Shown here: positions 35,717 through 45,559 of the stretch, piece after piece | How positions within the stretch are numbered: position 1 is the stretch's first letter | How the letters are laid out: every line of letters begins with the position of its first letter | Assembly (NCBI GenBank): GCA_029939995.1 | Contig: JAOZRW010000007.1 | Location: 15,329 to 79,328 of the forward strand | Length of the DNA: 64,000 nucleotides | Source: Acidimicrobiia bacterium | Lineage (GTDB): Bacteria; Actinomycetota; Acidimicrobiia; Spongiisociales; UBA5794 | Direction of reading: 5' to 3' | The notes under the pieces: model-generated | Seen by the model: the letters and a program-made list of their open reading frames with translations, nothing else | What the model was told of the DNA's origin: nothing | Databases searched by the model: none | Made by a program: the position numbers and the translations under genes

Positions 35717-36767
35717 GGCCGGCGAGGTCGGAGAACAGGTTGGCGAAGGCGAGCTTCGGCCGCTGGTTGGCTGCGAGGTCGCCGATCGCGGAGAGCGTCC
35801 GATCGGCTGCGGCGACGGCCCGTCGGGGAGTGACCGATGAGAGGGCCGCCACGGGGACGTCGGTGTTGCGGATCGGAGCGCCGAGCTGTGCTGCGGCCAC
35901 ATCCCGGTAGAACGAGGCCAGGATCTCGAGACCCGTGACGTAGAGGGCGTCCGTCGCCCGTTTCAGCTCCCGGGCCTGACGGTCGCGCAGCGCCTTCGAC
36001 GCGTCCTCGCCGAGGACGTCCCGCTCTTCTTTCTGGCGCTGCTTCAGGGCCTCCAGCAGCGGATCCGCCGCAGCGATCGTCTCGTCTGCGAGTCGGAACG
36101 CGTCGCCCGGGTGCTCGCCGAGCCGCATCGGGATGCTCAACCAGTGGCGCCGGTAGTCCGCGACCTGTGGCTCCGTGGCGAGCGCGAGGGCGAGCCCCGG
36201 CCGGCCTCCTGCGATGCGCGCTGCCTCGGCCGCCTGGTCGGTCTCGATGCCGAGCGCCGCCAACCCGTCGGACACCTCTTGCTCGGGAACCCGTCCGATC
36301 GCGACGGTTCGGCAGCGGCTTGCCACCGTGTCGGGCAGATCGTCCTCCGTCTCGGTCACGATGATGAACACGGCGGCCCTCGTCGGCTCCTCGAGCGTCT
36401 TCAGGAGGGCGTTCGCCGCCTCGTCGTTCATCATGCCCCCCTCTTCGAAGAGGAAGACCTTGCGATCGGATTCGAGCGGCGACCGGGTCGACTGGGAGAC
36501 GACCCTTCGAGCTTGATCGACCGTGATCGACGCCCGGCCTTCGGGCTCTATGAGGATGAGGTCCGGGTGGATCCCCGAGGTCACCCGCCGGAAGCACTCG
36601 CCGTCGTCCCCGCAGAGAAGCGCCGCGGCGAATCGGCGGGCGATCGTCGACTTCCCCACGTTCGATGGGCCGGCGAAGAGGTACGACTGAGCGGGCGTCG
36701 CGATCTCCCGTGTCAGGAACTCGATCACACCGCTGTGCCCGACGACACCATCGAAGGGCTTCACCAT
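35709..36767 (-). CDS. holB: DNA polymerase III subunit delta'
   Basis: AYLFAGPSNVGKST-type P-loop (SYLFAGPSNVGKST), clamp-loader-like layout, and position downstream of tmk. Confidence 0.85.
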   Translation of the reverse strand: MVKPFDGVVGHSGVIEFLTREIATPAQSYLFAGPSNVGKSTIARRFAAALLCGDDGECFRRVTSGIHPDLILIEPEGRASITVDQARRVVSQSTRSPLESDRKVFLFEEGGMMNDEAANALLKTLEEPTRAAVFIIVTETEDDLPDTVASRCRTVAIGRVPEQEVSDGLAALGIETDQAAEAARIAGGRPGLALALATEPQVADYRRHWLSIPMRLGEHPGDAFRLADETIAAADPLLEALKQRQKEERDVLGEDASKALRDRQARELKRATDALYVTGLEILASFYRDVAAAQLGAPIRNTDVPVAALSSVTPRRAVAAADRTLSAIGDLAANQRPKLAFANLFSDLAGHG

Positions 36768-37366
36768 CGGCTCCGGATCGCGCGGTAGGCGGCTTCGACG
36801 ACTTCGTCGAGCGGCGCATGCGTGTCGATGACGACGAACCGGTCGGGATCGTCGGCTGCGAGGCGCTCGAAGCCGTCCGCAACGGTCCGCTGGAAGTCGA
36901 TGCCCTCATCGCCGATGCGGTCGCCGATCTCCTGACGGGCCAGTCCCCGCTCCGGATCGACGGTGAGGAGAACCACGAGGCTGGGCCACACGCCGAGCAG
37001 CCCGGGTTCGTTGACGGCGCGTACCGCGGCGATGCCGAGCCGCCGTCCCGCGCCCTGGTACGCAAGCGACGAGTACACGGAGCGATCGCTGAGCACCCAG
37101 GACCCTCCGGCCAGCGCCGGGCCGACGACCTCGGCGGCGAGCTGGGCCCGTGCGGCGGCGAACAGCAACGCCTCCGTCCACGGCTCCGGGGCGAGATCGT
37201 GTCCGAGAAGGATCGAGCGGATCCGTTCCCCCACCGCCGTTCCGCCGGGCTCTCGCACCTGCGCCACGCTGCGGCCGTCTGATTCGAGCAGGGAGCGGAC
37301 GCGATCGGACACGGTGGACTTGCCGGCGCCTTCGATCCCTTCGAACGCGACGTACGGGAGACTCAT
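36761..37366 (-). CDS. tmk: Thymidylate kinase
   Basis: FEGIEGAGKST P-loop and the DRSVYSSLAYQG motif. Confidence 0.92.
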   Translation of the reverse strand: MSLPYVAFEGIEGAGKSTVSDRVRSLLESDGRSVAQVREPGGTAVGERIRSILLGHDLAPEPWTEALLFAAARAQLAAEVVGPALAGGSWVLSDRSVYSSLAYQGAGRRLGIAAVRAVNEPGLLGVWPSLVVLLTVDPERGLARQEIGDRIGDEGIDFQRTVADGFERLAADDPDRFVVIDTHAPLDEVVEAAYRAIRSRW

Positions 37367-37433
37367 CGGCTCATGTCCTGCTGCTCACGGTCACACCACC
37401 AGTTTCGCAGACTCGGAAGCCCGGCGAGACCTC

Positions 37434-40115
37434 TCAGGTCCGCTTCTTCCCCGGCTTCTTCTTCGCAGGCTTCTTGGCCGCTCGTTTCTTCGCCGGCTTC
37501 TTCTTCGCCGGGCCCTTCGCGCGCTTCTCGGCGAGCAGCTCGGCCGCCCGTTCCGTGGTCATCGCTTCGACCGAGTCGGCGACTCTGAGCGACGCGTTCG
37601 TCTCGCCGTCCGTCACGTACGGCCCGAATCGGCCGTCTCTCATCACGATCGGCTTTCCGCTGTTGGGATCGGTGCCCAGTTCCTTCAGCGGTGGAGCGGC
37701 CGCCCTCCGGCCCCGCTTCTTCGGCTGGGAGAGGAGGGACAGAGCGGTTTCGAGGTCGACGGTGAAGATCTCCTCCTCGTCGGTGAGGCTGCGGCTCTCC
37801 TTCCCCCACTTCACGTAGGGGCCGTAGCGTCCGTTCTGGGCGGTGATCGGCTTCCCGTCCTCCGGATGTTCGCCGACGACGCGGGGCTGCGTGAGCAGGC
37901 GGAGCGCATCGTCGAGCGTGACGGTGTCGAGGCCCATGGTCTTGAAGAGCGACGCCGTCTTCGGCTTCGGCCCGGACCCCTCGCCGCGCTCGCCGAGCTG
38001 CACGTACGGCCCGAACCGGCCGGCCTTCGCGAGAACCGGTAGGCCGGTGACGGGATCTTCACCGAGGACCCGATCACCGGACGGGGCGTCGAGCAGCTCG
38101 AGGGCCTTCTCCAGGGTGAGCTCGTCGAGCGGAAGGTCCTCGGGGAGGGAGGCCGTCTTCGGCTTCGGCCCGTCGCCGCCGTTGCGGTCACCGAGCTGCA
38201 CGTACGGCCCGAACCGGCCGGGCTTGGCGAGGACGGTCAACCCCGTTTCGGGATCTTCACCGATCGCGACGGAGTTCACTTCTCTCGGGTCGATCGCCTC
38301 GAGCGCATCATCTGCGACGAGGTCCTTCAGCCCCACGTGCCCGTCTCCACCGCGGTAGAACCGTTCGAGATACGGCACCTTCTCCTCTTCGCCGCGGGCG
38401 ATCCGATCCAGGTCGGCCTCCATGCGGGCGGTGAATCCGTAGTCGACGTAGTCGCCGAAATGCTTCTCGAGGAGGCCGACGACGGCGAACGCTTTGAGCG
38501 TCGGGACGAGCGCCGAACCTTGCTTGCGGACGTAGCCGCGGTCCTGGATCGTCGAGATGATCGATGCGTACGTCGATGGGCGTCCGATGCCGAGCTCTTC
38601 CATCTTCTTGACGAGGCTCGCCTCGGTGTAGCGGGCGGGCGGTTTCGTCTCGTGCGACGTCGCAACGAGATCGACGACGTCGACCGGTTCGCCCTCGGCC
38701 ACGTTCGGCAGCGGGGTCTCCTGATCGTCGCGGGCGGCATCCGGATCGTCGATGTCCTCCACGTAGGCCTTGAGGAATCCTGCGAAGGTGATCGTTCGCC
38801 CGGTCGCGGAGAACTCGCAGACCCGGCCGGTTCCAGTGCCGACGCCCTGAAGCCTGATCTGAAGGCTCTCGCCCTTGGCGTCTTTCATCTGGCTGGCGAC
38901 CGTCCGTTTCCAGATCAGGTCGTACAGGCGTGCTTCGTCCGATGTCGCCCCGAACGAGCGAGCGATCGTCGCCGGGTCCTGGAACCGTTCACCGGCGGGG
39001 CGGATCGCTTCATGGGCCTCTTGCGCCCCCTTCGCCTGCTTTCCGTAGAACCGTGGATTGTCCGGGAGATACTGCTCACCGAACCGTCCCGCCACGAGCG
39101 ACCGGGCAGCCTTCAGGGCCGTCCCCGAGAGGTTCGTCGAATCGGTCCGCATGTAGGTGATGAACCCGCCCTCGTAGAGGCGTTGGGCTGCGGACATGGT
39201 GCGTCGTGCACCGAACCGGAACTTGCGGCCCGCCTCCTGCTGGAGCGTGGCCGTGCGGAACGGCGCGTACGGTCTGCGGGTGTAGGGCTTGCGCTCGACT
39301 GACGAGACTTCGAACGCGGCCCCGGAGAGCTCGTCGACCAGCGCTGCGGCTGCCGCCGTATCGAGCACGAGCCGATCGGTCCGGGGCTCGCCCGTGAGGT
39401 CGAAGTCCTTCCCGGTGGCGAGTCGCTCCCCATCGACGGTGACGAGCGTTGCCTGGAACGGTGCGCTCGCGTCGGCGTGGGCGAACGTTCCGGTCACACC
39501 GGCGTATGCAGCCGCCACGAATGCGAGCCGCTCCCGCTCCCGGTCGACGATGATCCGTGTGGCCGGTGACTGCACCCTGCCCGCCGAGAGTCCCGGCTGG
39601 ACCTTCCTCCACAGAACCGGCGACACCTCGTACCCGAACAGCCGGTCGAGGATCCTCCGTGCTTCCTGGGCCGCGACGACCTGATAGTCGATCTCGCGAG
39701 GATGCTCGACGGCTTCGCGGATGGCGCCTTCCGTGATCTCGTGGAACACCATGCGGTGGACCGGCACCTTCGGCTTGAGCGCCTCGAGGAGGTGCCAGGC
39801 GATCGCCTCCCCCTCGCGATCCTCATCGGTGGCGAGGTAGAGCGAGTCGGCCCCCTGCAGTTCCTTGCGAAGCATCGCCACCTGCTTCCTGGAATCCGGC
39901 GTCACGATGTACATCGGTTTGAAGTCGTGGTCGACGTCCACCCCGAACCGGGTCGCCTTCCACGCGGCCTTCTTCGACTCCGTCACCTCACCGACCTTCG
40001 ATGGGATGTCCCGGATGTGCCCGACCGATGATTCCACGACGAAGTCGTCTCCGAGGTACCGGCCGATGGTCTTGGCTTTCGCCGGTGACTCGACGATGAC
40101 GAGATGTTTGGGCAT
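37434..40115 (-). CDS. topA: DNA topoisomerase I
   Basis: TOPRIM start MPKHLVIVESPAKAKTIGRYLG. Four C-terminal GRFGPYVQLG-type repeats. Lys-rich tail (KKKPAKKRAAKKPAKKKPGKKRT), typical of actinobacterial TopA. Confidence 0.97.
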   Translation of the reverse strand: MPKHLVIVESPAKAKTIGRYLGDDFVVESSVGHIRDIPSKVGEVTESKKAAWKATRFGVDVDHDFKPMYIVTPDSRKQVAMLRKELQGADSLYLATDEDREGEAIAWHLLEALKPKVPVHRMVFHEITEGAIREAVEHPREIDYQVVAAQEARRILDRLFGYEVSPVLWRKVQPGLSAGRVQSPATRIIVDRERERLAFVAAAYAGVTGTFAHADASAPFQATLVTVDGERLATGKDFDLTGEPRTDRLVLDTAAAAALVDELSGAAFEVSSVERKPYTRRPYAPFRTATLQQEAGRKFRFGARRTMSAAQRLYEGGFITYMRTDSTNLSGTALKAARSLVAGRFGEQYLPDNPRFYGKQAKGAQEAHEAIRPAGERFQDPATIARSFGATSDEARLYDLIWKRTVASQMKDAKGESLQIRLQGVGTGTGRVCEFSATGRTITFAGFLKAYVEDIDDPDAARDDQETPLPNVAEGEPVDVVDLVATSHETKPPARYTEASLVKKMEELGIGRPSTYASIISTIQDRGYVRKQGSALVPTLKAFAVVGLLEKHFGDYVDYGFTARMEADLDRIARGEEEKVPYLERFYRGGDGHVGLKDLVADDALEAIDPREVNSVAIGEDPETGLTVLAKPGRFGPYVQLGDRNGGDGPKPKTASLPEDLPLDELTLEKALELLDAPSGDRVLGEDPVTGLPVLAKAGRFGPYVQLGERGEGSGPKPKTASLFKTMGLDTVTLDDALRLLTQPRVVGEHPEDGKPITAQNGRYGPYVKWGKESRSLTDEEEIFTVDLETALSLLSQPKKRGRRAAAPPLKELGTDPNSGKPIVMRDGRFGPYVTDGETNASLRVADSVEAMTTERAAELLAEKRAKGPAKKKPAKKRAAKKPAKKKPGKKRT

Positions 40116-40210
40116 GGGTGAAGCACGTTCCGATGGTCGGGGAAGGACTCAACGATCCGGGAGTATGGCCGGTTTGTCGAGACAATGACTGCCGCGAGCC
40201 GAATACGAGG

Positions 40211-41269
40211 TCAAATCCGGAAGCCCGCCTGGAACCGCTCGACGACCTTCGGCCAGGTGAAAACGTCCTCGACGAACTTGCGGCCGGCCATCCCCATCTC
40301 TCGTGATCGAGTCGCATCGCCCAGCAGGATCTCGAGGCCTTCGACGATGTCGTCGACGGAGTGAACGACGTACCCGGTCTCGCCCGGGATCACCGTCTCG
40401 GGTGAGCCCCCGGAGTCTCCGGCGAGTACCGGGAGCCCGGTCGCAGCGGCCTCGAGGAACACGAGACCGAGGCCCTCGACCTCCAGACCGCCCCATCGCG
40501 ATCTGCAGGGCATGCAGAAGACGTCCATCGACCGGTAGAGGTCGGGGAGGTCGCCCCACGGAACGTCCACGGCGAACCGGGCACGGACCCCGAGCCGTTC
40601 GGCGGTCTTGCGCAGGCCGGCTTCCTTCCTCCCCTTGCCGACGAGTAACACCTCGACGGGACGATCGAGGCGCGCGGCCGCCTCGAGCAGCCGGTGCTGG
40701 CCTTTCCTCGGCACGAAACGGGACACGCATCCCACGACGGGGATCTCGTTGTCGCCGTCGGGCGGCGGTGTGAACGTGTCGACGTCGACTCCCGCTCCGA
40801 CGAACACGACGTCCTTGCCGGTGAGTCGCTTGACGCGATCCGCCGTGAACCGGCTCACGGCGAAGCGCACGTCGGCGTCGGCCAGTGCCCGAGCGATCAC
40901 CTGCCGTCCTCCGGGGACCGCCGCCGGGAGCGTGACTTCGGCGCCGTGGCTCAGCACGCCGAACGGGACGCCGAAGCGCTCCCTCAGCCGCGGCCCGAGG
41001 AACGGAAGCGGGTGGGGAGCGCCGAAGAGGATGACGTCGGGGCCGAATGCCTTCGCCTGCGACTCGATCCACGCCGCGACGCCCTTCGTCGGCCACATGA
41101 ACGTCGAGGTGTGGCGGCTGATCCGCTCGTCGGAGTCGGCGGACGGATCGGCCGGGGCGATGACGTGATACTCGTCCGGATATGCGGCGATCACGTTCCC
41201 CAGGTACTGCTGGATGCCGCCGGGTTTCGGTGGATAGTCGTTGGTGATCAGCAGCAGCCGCACGGTCAC
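40211..41269 (-). CDS. GT4-family glycosyltransferase, PimB'-like (mannosyltransferase-type N-terminus)
   Basis: LLITNDYPPKPGGIQQYL N-terminus and a C-terminal EGLGLVFLEAAATGLPVLAGDSGG (E-x7-E region). The specific acceptor is not determinable. Confidence 0.8.
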   Translation of the reverse strand: MTVRLLLITNDYPPKPGGIQQYLGNVIAAYPDEYHVIAPADPSADSDERISRHTSTFMWPTKGVAAWIESQAKAFGPDVILFGAPHPLPFLGPRLRERFGVPFGVLSHGAEVTLPAAVPGGRQVIARALADADVRFAVSRFTADRVKRLTGKDVVFVGAGVDVDTFTPPPDGDNEIPVVGCVSRFVPRKGQHRLLEAAARLDRPVEVLLVGKGRKEAGLRKTAERLGVRARFAVDVPWGDLPDLYRSMDVFCMPCRSRWGGLEVEGLGLVFLEAAATGLPVLAGDSGGSPETVIPGETGYVVHSVDDIVEGLEILLGDATRSREMGMAGRKFVEDVFTWPKVVERFQAGFRI

Positions 41270-42480
41270 GCCCCGGAGTGGGTCACGACGTTGTACGACG
41301 AGATCTGCGGGCCCTGGTCGCCCACGATGATCTCCGTGAGGGAGGTGTTGCGCGGCACGGGGAGCACGGATCGCCGCGAGAACGGGAGATCGAGGAGGCC
41401 GGCCACATACGCCCGTGTGACACCGCCGTGGGTGAATGCCCCGATGTCTCCGCTCCCCGACGCTGCGATCTCCGCGACGACGCCGGCAAGCCGCTCACCC
41501 GCGCCGGCGAAACTCTCCCCGGTCGTGCCTTTCGGATCGTCGATCCCCAGCACGAAGATGCGTTCGAACGTCACGGGATCGGTCTCCTTGATCTGATCGG
41601 GGGTCAGCCCCTCCCACGATCCGAACGAGATCTCGATGAGGTCCTCGTGCACGTCGACCCGGCGGTGTTGTGTCTCGGCGACCGGTCTCGCCGTGTCGAG
41701 TGCGCGGGAGAGCGGGGATGAAACGAGGGCGTCGAACTCCCGGACCGTGGCGGCCAGCTCCGCGGCCTGGGCCCGGCCTCTCTCGGTGAGCGGCGTCTCA
41801 CCTCTCCCCCACCACCGGTGCTGGAGGTTCGCTTCGGTCTCGCCGTGGCGGATGAGGTGGACTCGGGTTCCGTCCGGACGGGTCGCGTTCCCGTCGAGGT
41901 GGAGATCGTCGTTGTAGATCTGGAGACGCGGCCCGTGCTCGTCGACGACGATCGTGGTCAGCGACGTGTTCGACGGGATCGCCATCGCCGGTTGGTTCCC
42001 GGTGCCGATGATGCCGGCGACGAGGGTCTGGATGACCCCGCCGTGGGTCACGACGACGGCGTTCTGGCCGTCTTCGATCCGATCGGCCACCGCTGCGAAC
42101 GCGGCTTCGACCCGGCTCAGGAACTCGGTGAAGCTCTCCCCGCCGTCCGGGTGGAAGTCCTGGATCCGGAACCCCTCGTCCCCCAGTTCCGGATACCGGG
42201 CCCTCACGTCGGCGCTGGTGCGACCCTCCCAGTCCCCGATGTGGAACTCCCGCCATTCGGAAGAGAACTCCGGCGCACCGAACGCTTCAGCCGTCGTGGC
42301 CGCACGTCCGAGATCGGAGGAGATGAGGAGATCGATCGGCACGCCCCCCATCCTCAAGGCGAGCCGGTTCACCTGGTCGAGGCCGCGCTCGGTCAGCGGC
42401 GAGTCGGTGTGACCCTGCCAGGTCCCCGAGATGTTGCTGAGCGTCTCGCCGTGACGAACGAGGGTGATGGTGCGAGCCAG
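41266..42480 (-). CDS. Protein with two tandem histidine-phosphatase (phosphoglycerate mutase family) domains; probable non-canonical CTG start
   Basis: Domain 2 has RVHLIRHGETEAN...AFTHGG. Domain 1 has VVVTHGG, but its RHG motif (ITLVRHGETLSN) lies upstream of the track start (GTG 42372). The frame is open back to the stop at 42517-42519 with no in-frame ATG/GTG/TTG. CTG at 42480 follows GGAGG. Confidence 0.7.
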   Translation of the reverse strand: MARTITLVRHGETLSNISGTWQGHTDSPLTERGLDQVNRLALRMGGVPIDLLISSDLGRAATTAEAFGAPEFSSEWREFHIGDWEGRTSADVRARYPELGDEGFRIQDFHPDGGESFTEFLSRVEAAFAAVADRIEDGQNAVVVTHGGVIQTLVAGIIGTGNQPAMAIPSNTSLTTIVVDEHGPRLQIYNDDLHLDGNATRPDGTRVHLIRHGETEANLQHRWWGRGETPLTERGRAQAAELAATVREFDALVSSPLSRALDTARPVAETQHRRVDVHEDLIEISFGSWEGLTPDQIKETDPVTFERIFVLGIDDPKGTTGESFAGAGERLAGVVAEIAASGSGDIGAFTHGGVTRAYVAGLLDLPFSRRSVLPVPRNTSLTEIIVGDQGPQISSYNVVTHSGA

Positions 42481-42587
42481 GATGCCTCCGGGTGGGTCAC
42501 CGTAGGGTAGGGACGCTCACCGCTCACCACGAGAGACCGTCTCCACCATCTACGCAGGAACGTCTGGGGATGGGGTAGGTTGAGTGG

Positions 42588-42791
42588 ATGTTCGCCCTCT
42601 TCGCCCAGACGAGCTCGCCCCTTCCGAGCGGCTTCGCCGAGGTGATCGTGTGGCTGCTCGTCGCAGCCGTCATCGTCGGCCTCTACCTGGTGCTGCGCCG
42701 CACGAGGATCAGGAGCAGGCGCCACTACCTCGATCGAGCCGAACGCGAAGAGCAGCAGCGCCGCAACGACCCGGACATGAAACGGGACTAG
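42588..42791 (+). CDS. Small membrane protein (67 aa, one TM helix, charged C-terminal tail)
   Basis: FAEVIVWLLVAAVIVGLYLVL TM helix, then RRTRIRSRRHY. Strong G/C third-position bias. Confidence 0.5.
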   Translation: MFALFAQTSSPLPSGFAEVIVWLLVAAVIVGLYLVLRRTRIRSRRHYLDRAEREEQQRRNDPDMKRD

Positions 42792-42815
42792 CCGACCGGC
42801 CAGCGTCGGCTCGCT

Positions 42816-44894
42816 CTAGAACAGGCTGTTCGAGACGAACGCCGAGGCGAAGATCAGCGACACCATGGTCATCACCTTGATGACGATGTTCATCGACGGA
42901 CCGGCCGTGTCCTTGAACGGGTCCCCGATCGTGTCGCCGACGACCGCCGCCTTGTGGGCGTCCGATCCCTTGCCGCCGAACGCACCGGCCTCGACGAACT
43001 TCTTCGCGTTGTCCCAGGCGCCGCCCGCGTTCGCCATGTAGATGGCGAGGAGGAACCCGGAGAGCAGCGCACCGGCGAGGAACCCGCCGAGCATCTCGAG
43101 GTTGATGAATCCGATGATGAGCGGCAGCGCGATGGCGAGCGATCCGGGCAGGATCATCTCACGCAGCGACGCCGCGGTGGAGATCTCCACGCACTTGGCG
43201 TAATCCGGCTTGGCATCCGGATCGCCCTCGCGCAACCCGGGGATCTCCCGGAACTGCCTCCGGACCTCTTCGATCATCTGATTGGCGGCCCTGCCGACCG
43301 CCTGGATCGTCTGCGCGGCGAAGAAGTACGGGAACATGGACCCGAGGAACAGGCCGACGACGACCCAGATGTCGAGGATGTCGAGGCCCTGGATGTCGAC
43401 GGCGGTCGTGAAGGCGAAGAACAAGGCCAGCGCCGTGACGGCGGCCGAAGCGATCGCGAAACCTTTCGCGACGGCGGCGGTGGTGTTGCCGAGAGAGTCC
43501 AGCGCGTCGGTGGCTTCACGGACGTCGGCGGGCAGATGTGCCATCTCTGCGATCCCGCCCGCGTTGTCGGCGATCGGCCCGTACGCATCGACCGACACGG
43601 TGATGCCGAGCGTTGCGAGCACGCCGATCGCTGCGATCGCGACACCGTAGATGCCACCGCCGTCGACGGCGAGATCACCGGCCCAATACGCACCGCCCAT
43701 CCCGAAGGCGACGACGATCACCGAGAACGCGGCCGACTTCATCCCCTCCGCTATGCCCGCGAGCACGACCGTCGCCGGTCCGGTTTGTGTCTGCCGGGCG
43801 ATCTCCTTCACGATCTTGTAGTGATCCGACGTGTACCACATCGAGATCCGGCCGATGAGCACTCCCACCAGGAGGCCGACGACCACAGCCATGAAGAACC
43901 CCCATGGGTTCTTGACCCCTTCAACACCGCCGAACATGAGCGGTGTGAGCGCCGCCACGCCGACAACGGTGATCGCCGCGGCGACCCACGTACCCCGTTC
44001 CAGGGTTGCCGCCAGGCTCGCCTTGCCCGGTTTGACGAGGAACGATCCGATGATCGATCCGAGCATGCCGATCGCGGCGATCATCAGCGGGAAGAAGACG
44101 GTTTGCATGGTGAACGCTTTGCCCTGCGCGCCGAAGACGAGCATCGAGAACGCGATCGGGGCGACGAGCGAACCGACGTACGACTCGAACAGGTCGGCGC
44201 CCATCCCCGCGACGTCACCGACGTTGTCGCCGACGTTGTCTGCGATCGTTGCCGGGTTCCGAGGGTCGTCTTCCGGGATGCCGGCTTCGACCTTGCCGAC
44301 CAGGTCGGCACCGACGTCGGCGGCTTTCGTGTAGATCCCGCCGCCGACGCGGGCGAACAGCGCGATCGACGATCCGCCGAGGCCGATGGCTGTGACGATC
44401 GACACCCAATCCTCCAGGCCGAGGATCTCCTTGAAGACGATGATGCCGACGGAGAAGCCGAGCAATCCGAGACCGGCGACGGTGAACCCCATGACGGCTC
44501 CGCCTCTGAACGCGACCGGCAGCGCCTCGGCGGTCCCACCCCGACGGGCCGCTTCTGCCGTCCGGGCGTTGGCGGCGGTCGCGATGCGCATCCCGATGAA
44601 CCCCGCCGTGGCTGACAGCAACGCTCCGAACACGTAGGCGATCGCTCCCCATGGACGGCCCCACGGGAGGAACACGGCGATCAGCACCGTGAGCACGCCG
44701 ACGAAGATCGCGATCGCCCGGTACTCCCGCTTGAGGAATGCCATGGCCCCTTGTCGTATGGCGTCCATCAGTTCGACCATCCGGGCGTTCCCGGGGTCGG
44801 CCGCCATCACCTGGCGAGCATAGAAGAATGCGAGGATCAGGCTTGCAATGCCCATCGCCGCAGCGATGTAGAGCCAGAGCTCCGGTTGGTTCAC
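42816..44894 (-). CDS. hppA: Membrane-bound proton-translocating pyrophosphatase
   Basis: Start trimmed to GTG 44894 (VNQPELWLYIAAAMG...). Motifs GIYTKAADVGADLVGKVE, DNVGDNVGD and GGAWDNAKK. Confidence 0.93.
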   Translation of the reverse strand: MNQPELWLYIAAAMGIASLILAFFYARQVMAADPGNARMVELMDAIRQGAMAFLKREYRAIAIFVGVLTVLIAVFLPWGRPWGAIAYVFGALLSATAGFIGMRIATAANARTAEAARRGGTAEALPVAFRGGAVMGFTVAGLGLLGFSVGIIVFKEILGLEDWVSIVTAIGLGGSSIALFARVGGGIYTKAADVGADLVGKVEAGIPEDDPRNPATIADNVGDNVGDVAGMGADLFESYVGSLVAPIAFSMLVFGAQGKAFTMQTVFFPLMIAAIGMLGSIIGSFLVKPGKASLAATLERGTWVAAAITVVGVAALTPLMFGGVEGVKNPWGFFMAVVVGLLVGVLIGRISMWYTSDHYKIVKEIARQTQTGPATVVLAGIAEGMKSAAFSVIVVAFGMGGAYWAGDLAVDGGGIYGVAIAAIGVLATLGITVSVDAYGPIADNAGGIAEMAHLPADVREATDALDSLGNTTAAVAKGFAIASAAVTALALFFAFTTAVDIQGLDILDIWVVVGLFLGSMFPYFFAAQTIQAVGRAANQMIEEVRRQFREIPGLREGDPDAKPDYAKCVEISTAASLREMILPGSLAIALPLIIGFINLEMLGGFLAGALLSGFLLAIYMANAGGAWDNAKKFVEAGAFGGKGSDAHKAAVVGDTIGDPFKDTAGPSMNIVIKVMTMVSLIFASAFVSNSLF

Positions 44895-44949
44895 GAACAA
44901 CTCCAATGATCGGAAACGACGCAACGGGGCAAGTATAGATTCCCGCCCG

Positions 44950-45558
44950 TCACGCCCGCATCCGCGCGTACCTGCGCTGTGCCAGCGTCGCACCGGCCGC
45001 CAACACGAGCACGGCGCCGAGGATCACCGCCAGCCCGTTCGGACCCTCCTCGAGCTGTTTCCCCGACTCGATCACCTCGAGGGAGGCAACGTCCAGGTAG
45101 GTCTCTCCCTGACGGTTCGGGTCGTGGAACCTCCACTGGCCGGTCGCTCGAACGATCGGTCCGCGAATCCGGTACCCCCCGGGTGGGCTGAGCCCGTTCA
45201 TCTCGGCCGCCGGTATGCGCAGGCCGACGCCCGTGTTCGCACCGGTCAGCGCTCCCCCCTCGACGAGCGGGGCCCTGACGTACGAATCGTCGTTGAGTTG
45301 CGTCCACACGATGCCCGAGGCCCGGTAGCCGTAGTCGCCGACGAGTTCCCCTTCGATCGTGATCACGGCGCCGTCGTATCGGGCGGGCGCCGTCAGGAGC
45401 TCGGTCACGGGGACGGTTTGCTCCTGAGCCGCGGCCGGGGCGGTTCCGGCCCACACGATCAGCGCCGGCATGATCGCCGCCAGGAGCAGTGTGATCGCGA
45501 TGGTCCGCCCACGGTGGGAGGGCCGTGCAAGTCGCGACTCGCGGGATGGTCGTGTCAC
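44950..45558 (-). CDS. Exported protein with N-terminal signal/TM and C-terminal TM anchor, unknown function
   Basis: AITLLLAAIMPALIVWAGTAPAAA near the N-terminus and LAVILGAVLVLAAGATLA near the C-terminus. The GTG start is 1 nt after the trkH stop (TGACGTG). Confidence 0.6.
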   Translation of the reverse strand: MTRPSRESRLARPSHRGRTIAITLLLAAIMPALIVWAGTAPAAAQEQTVPVTELLTAPARYDGAVITIEGELVGDYGYRASGIVWTQLNDDSYVRAPLVEGGALTGANTGVGLRIPAAEMNGLSPPGGYRIRGPIVRATGQWRFHDPNRQGETYLDVASLEVIESGKQLEEGPNGLAVILGAVLVLAAGATLAQRRYARMRA

Positions 45559-45559
45559 G

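Noticed and set aside
37434-38300. Repeated DNA segments (cacgtacggcccgaaccggcc...) and a run of ttcttc units near the 3' end of topA.
   Set aside because: They are explained by the four C-terminal GRFGPYVQLG protein repeats and the Lys-rich tail of TopA. This is not an independent repeat element.
44895-44949. GGAAT motif upstream of hppA that resembles the SigH/SigR -35 element.
   Set aside because: At the required 18-nt spacing the downstream element reads GTC, not GTT. GTT occurs only at 13- and 21-nt spacings. It is a near-miss and not called.
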